A DNA stretch of 64,000 bases from Neoconidiobolus thromboides FSU 785 (lineage: Eukaryota > Fungi > Entomophthoromycota), in assembly GCA_025603075.1 (NCBI GenBank), contig MU626291.1:62001-126000 (forward strand), in the 5' to 3' direction. Under the pieces are notes generated by a model. That model was not told the origin of the DNA and made no database searches. It saw only the letters and a list, made by a program, of their open reading frames with translations. Made by a program: the position numbers and the translations under genes. Below, one piece after another: positions 62,931 through 64,000 of the stretch (position 1 is its first letter; every line of letters begins with the position of its first letter).

Positions 62931-64000
62931 TTAATTTTTTGATTTAAATTCTTTTAAACATTTGTCCACAATCTGCATCCCTTTTACTACTTTAAGATCT
63001 TGATACCTTCTACCAATAACCTGAATACCAATAGGAATATCTTTCATTTTAATAGCATCATATTGGCTATACATAGCATGTAAGCCAAGTCTACCTAACT
63101 CAAATTGATTATTAAACTTATTACTTAACCAATCATTTAATTGAATAGTATCTTTATCTGGAATAACTTTAGTAACTGGAATACAACCAGCTGGTAAATT
63201 TAATAAATTAGCTACCATAGAATACCCTGTACCAAATACTACTTTAGAAAATTGTTCATGTTCATGAGTTGGATGAGTATGAACTGGACTTATAATAAAA
63301 TCTAAACTCAATTCATTTAATTGTTGATTAAATTTATCAAACAACAAATCCGCTTGATGATGTAATTGCCATAATTGGCCAGCCGAACGATTAGTTAAAA
63401 TATCAAAGGTATTACTTAATATTTTTTCACCCATTAAATTATTTAGTATAAAATATATAATAAAATGTAATAAACTTGGTAATTTTGATAAATTATTTAA
63501 AGCAGCAACTGCCTTATCAAATCCTTCATCTTGGATTTTACTAGAGGCTTCTCTATAACTATCTGATCCAAATATTTTACTAGTTGTATTAAATACTTGA
63601 TCAATTGGTAATGGATCAATTTCAATAACTTCATAACCTTGATCTTTCAATGCTTTTACAGTTTCTAATACTCCTCTTTCTACTGCTGGTGTAGTTGGTA
63701 ACTTACCATAACTACTATAATATCCAAACCTGACTTTTTTATCATTAATAATATCCTCATCTCCTTTACTAATTGGAATACAACTAGGGTCTACCTTCTG
63801 TCTATTTTTCGCCATCAACAAAGTTTCTACAAGTAAACTTAAATTTTCCATACTATTTGTCATTGGTCCAGGAGTTGGTTTAACATAGCCCTGACCCGAT
63901 TGAAATTTAAATGAACCTTTGGTTGGTAAATAACCGCTAGTTGGTTTAAAACAATATATACCAGTCCAAGTAGCGGGATATCTTAAACTGCCACCAACAT
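62931..64000 (-). CDS. Amidase signature family enzyme, 3' part (5' end outside the window)
   Basis: VGGSLRYPA, PGPMT, PTTPAVER, IPIGIQVIGRR; clear paralogue of the 55045 gene. Confidence 0.9.
   Translation of the reverse strand, partial: VGGSLRYPATWTGIYCFKPTSGYLPTKGSFKFQSGQGYVKPTPGPMTNSMENLSLLVETLLMAKNRQKVDPSCIPISKGDEDIINDKKVRFGYYSSYGKLPTTPAVERGVLETVKALKDQGYEVIEIDPLPIDQVFNTTSKIFGSDSYREASSKIQDEGFDKAVAALNNLSKLPSLLHFIIYFILNNLMGEKILSNTFDILTNRSAGQLWQLHHQADLLFDKFNQQLNELSLDFIISPVHTHPTHEHEQFSKVVFGTGYSMVANLLNLPAGCIPVTKVIPDKDTIQLNDWLSNKFNNQFELGRLGLHAMYSQYDAIKMKDIPIGIQVIGRRYQDLKVVKGMQIVDKCLKEFKSKN

Noticed and set aside
1-64000. tRNA, rRNA, snRNA or CRISPR array
   Set aside because: No cloverleaf, rRNA or U-snRNA signature recognised. 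The recurrent repeat is dispersed, has TIRs and TSDs, and is not a repeat-spacer array.

Overview
AT-rich eukaryotic genomic DNA from a fungus. Short 45-55 bp GT-AG introns, the gene set and the base composition suggest an early-diverging lineage such as Zoopagomycota/Entomophthoromycotina; this is an inference. About 19 intact host genes can be read: a secreted Cys-rich orphan, GT15 mannosyltransferase, DBP8, GH47 mannosidase, F-box protein, BTG/Tob protein, acyl-CoA thioesterase, CDC7, CBF5, ANTH adaptor, SER3, ELP6, ankyrin-DIL protein, DPP5, an ODC-like protein, a CAD-type ADH, a membrane UGT, a trypsin-fold protease with a mucin-like tail and OMA1. There are also three amidase copies: one intact, one disrupted and one cut by the window edge. 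The most striking structure is a ~98-bp MITE family (TIR GGGGATGT...ACATCCCC, 4-bp mostly AWWT target duplications) with at least 21 copies. Three of them interrupt a full-length, TIR- and TSD-bounded Sola-like DDD transposon at 611-3345, whose transposase reading frame is restored when they are removed. A second highlight is an ornithine-decarboxylase homologue that has lost the catalytic Cys360/Asp361 loop, a candidate fungal antizyme inhibitor or altered-specificity enzyme. No tRNA, rRNA or CRISPR array was found. All coordinates were counted by hand and may be off by a few bases.
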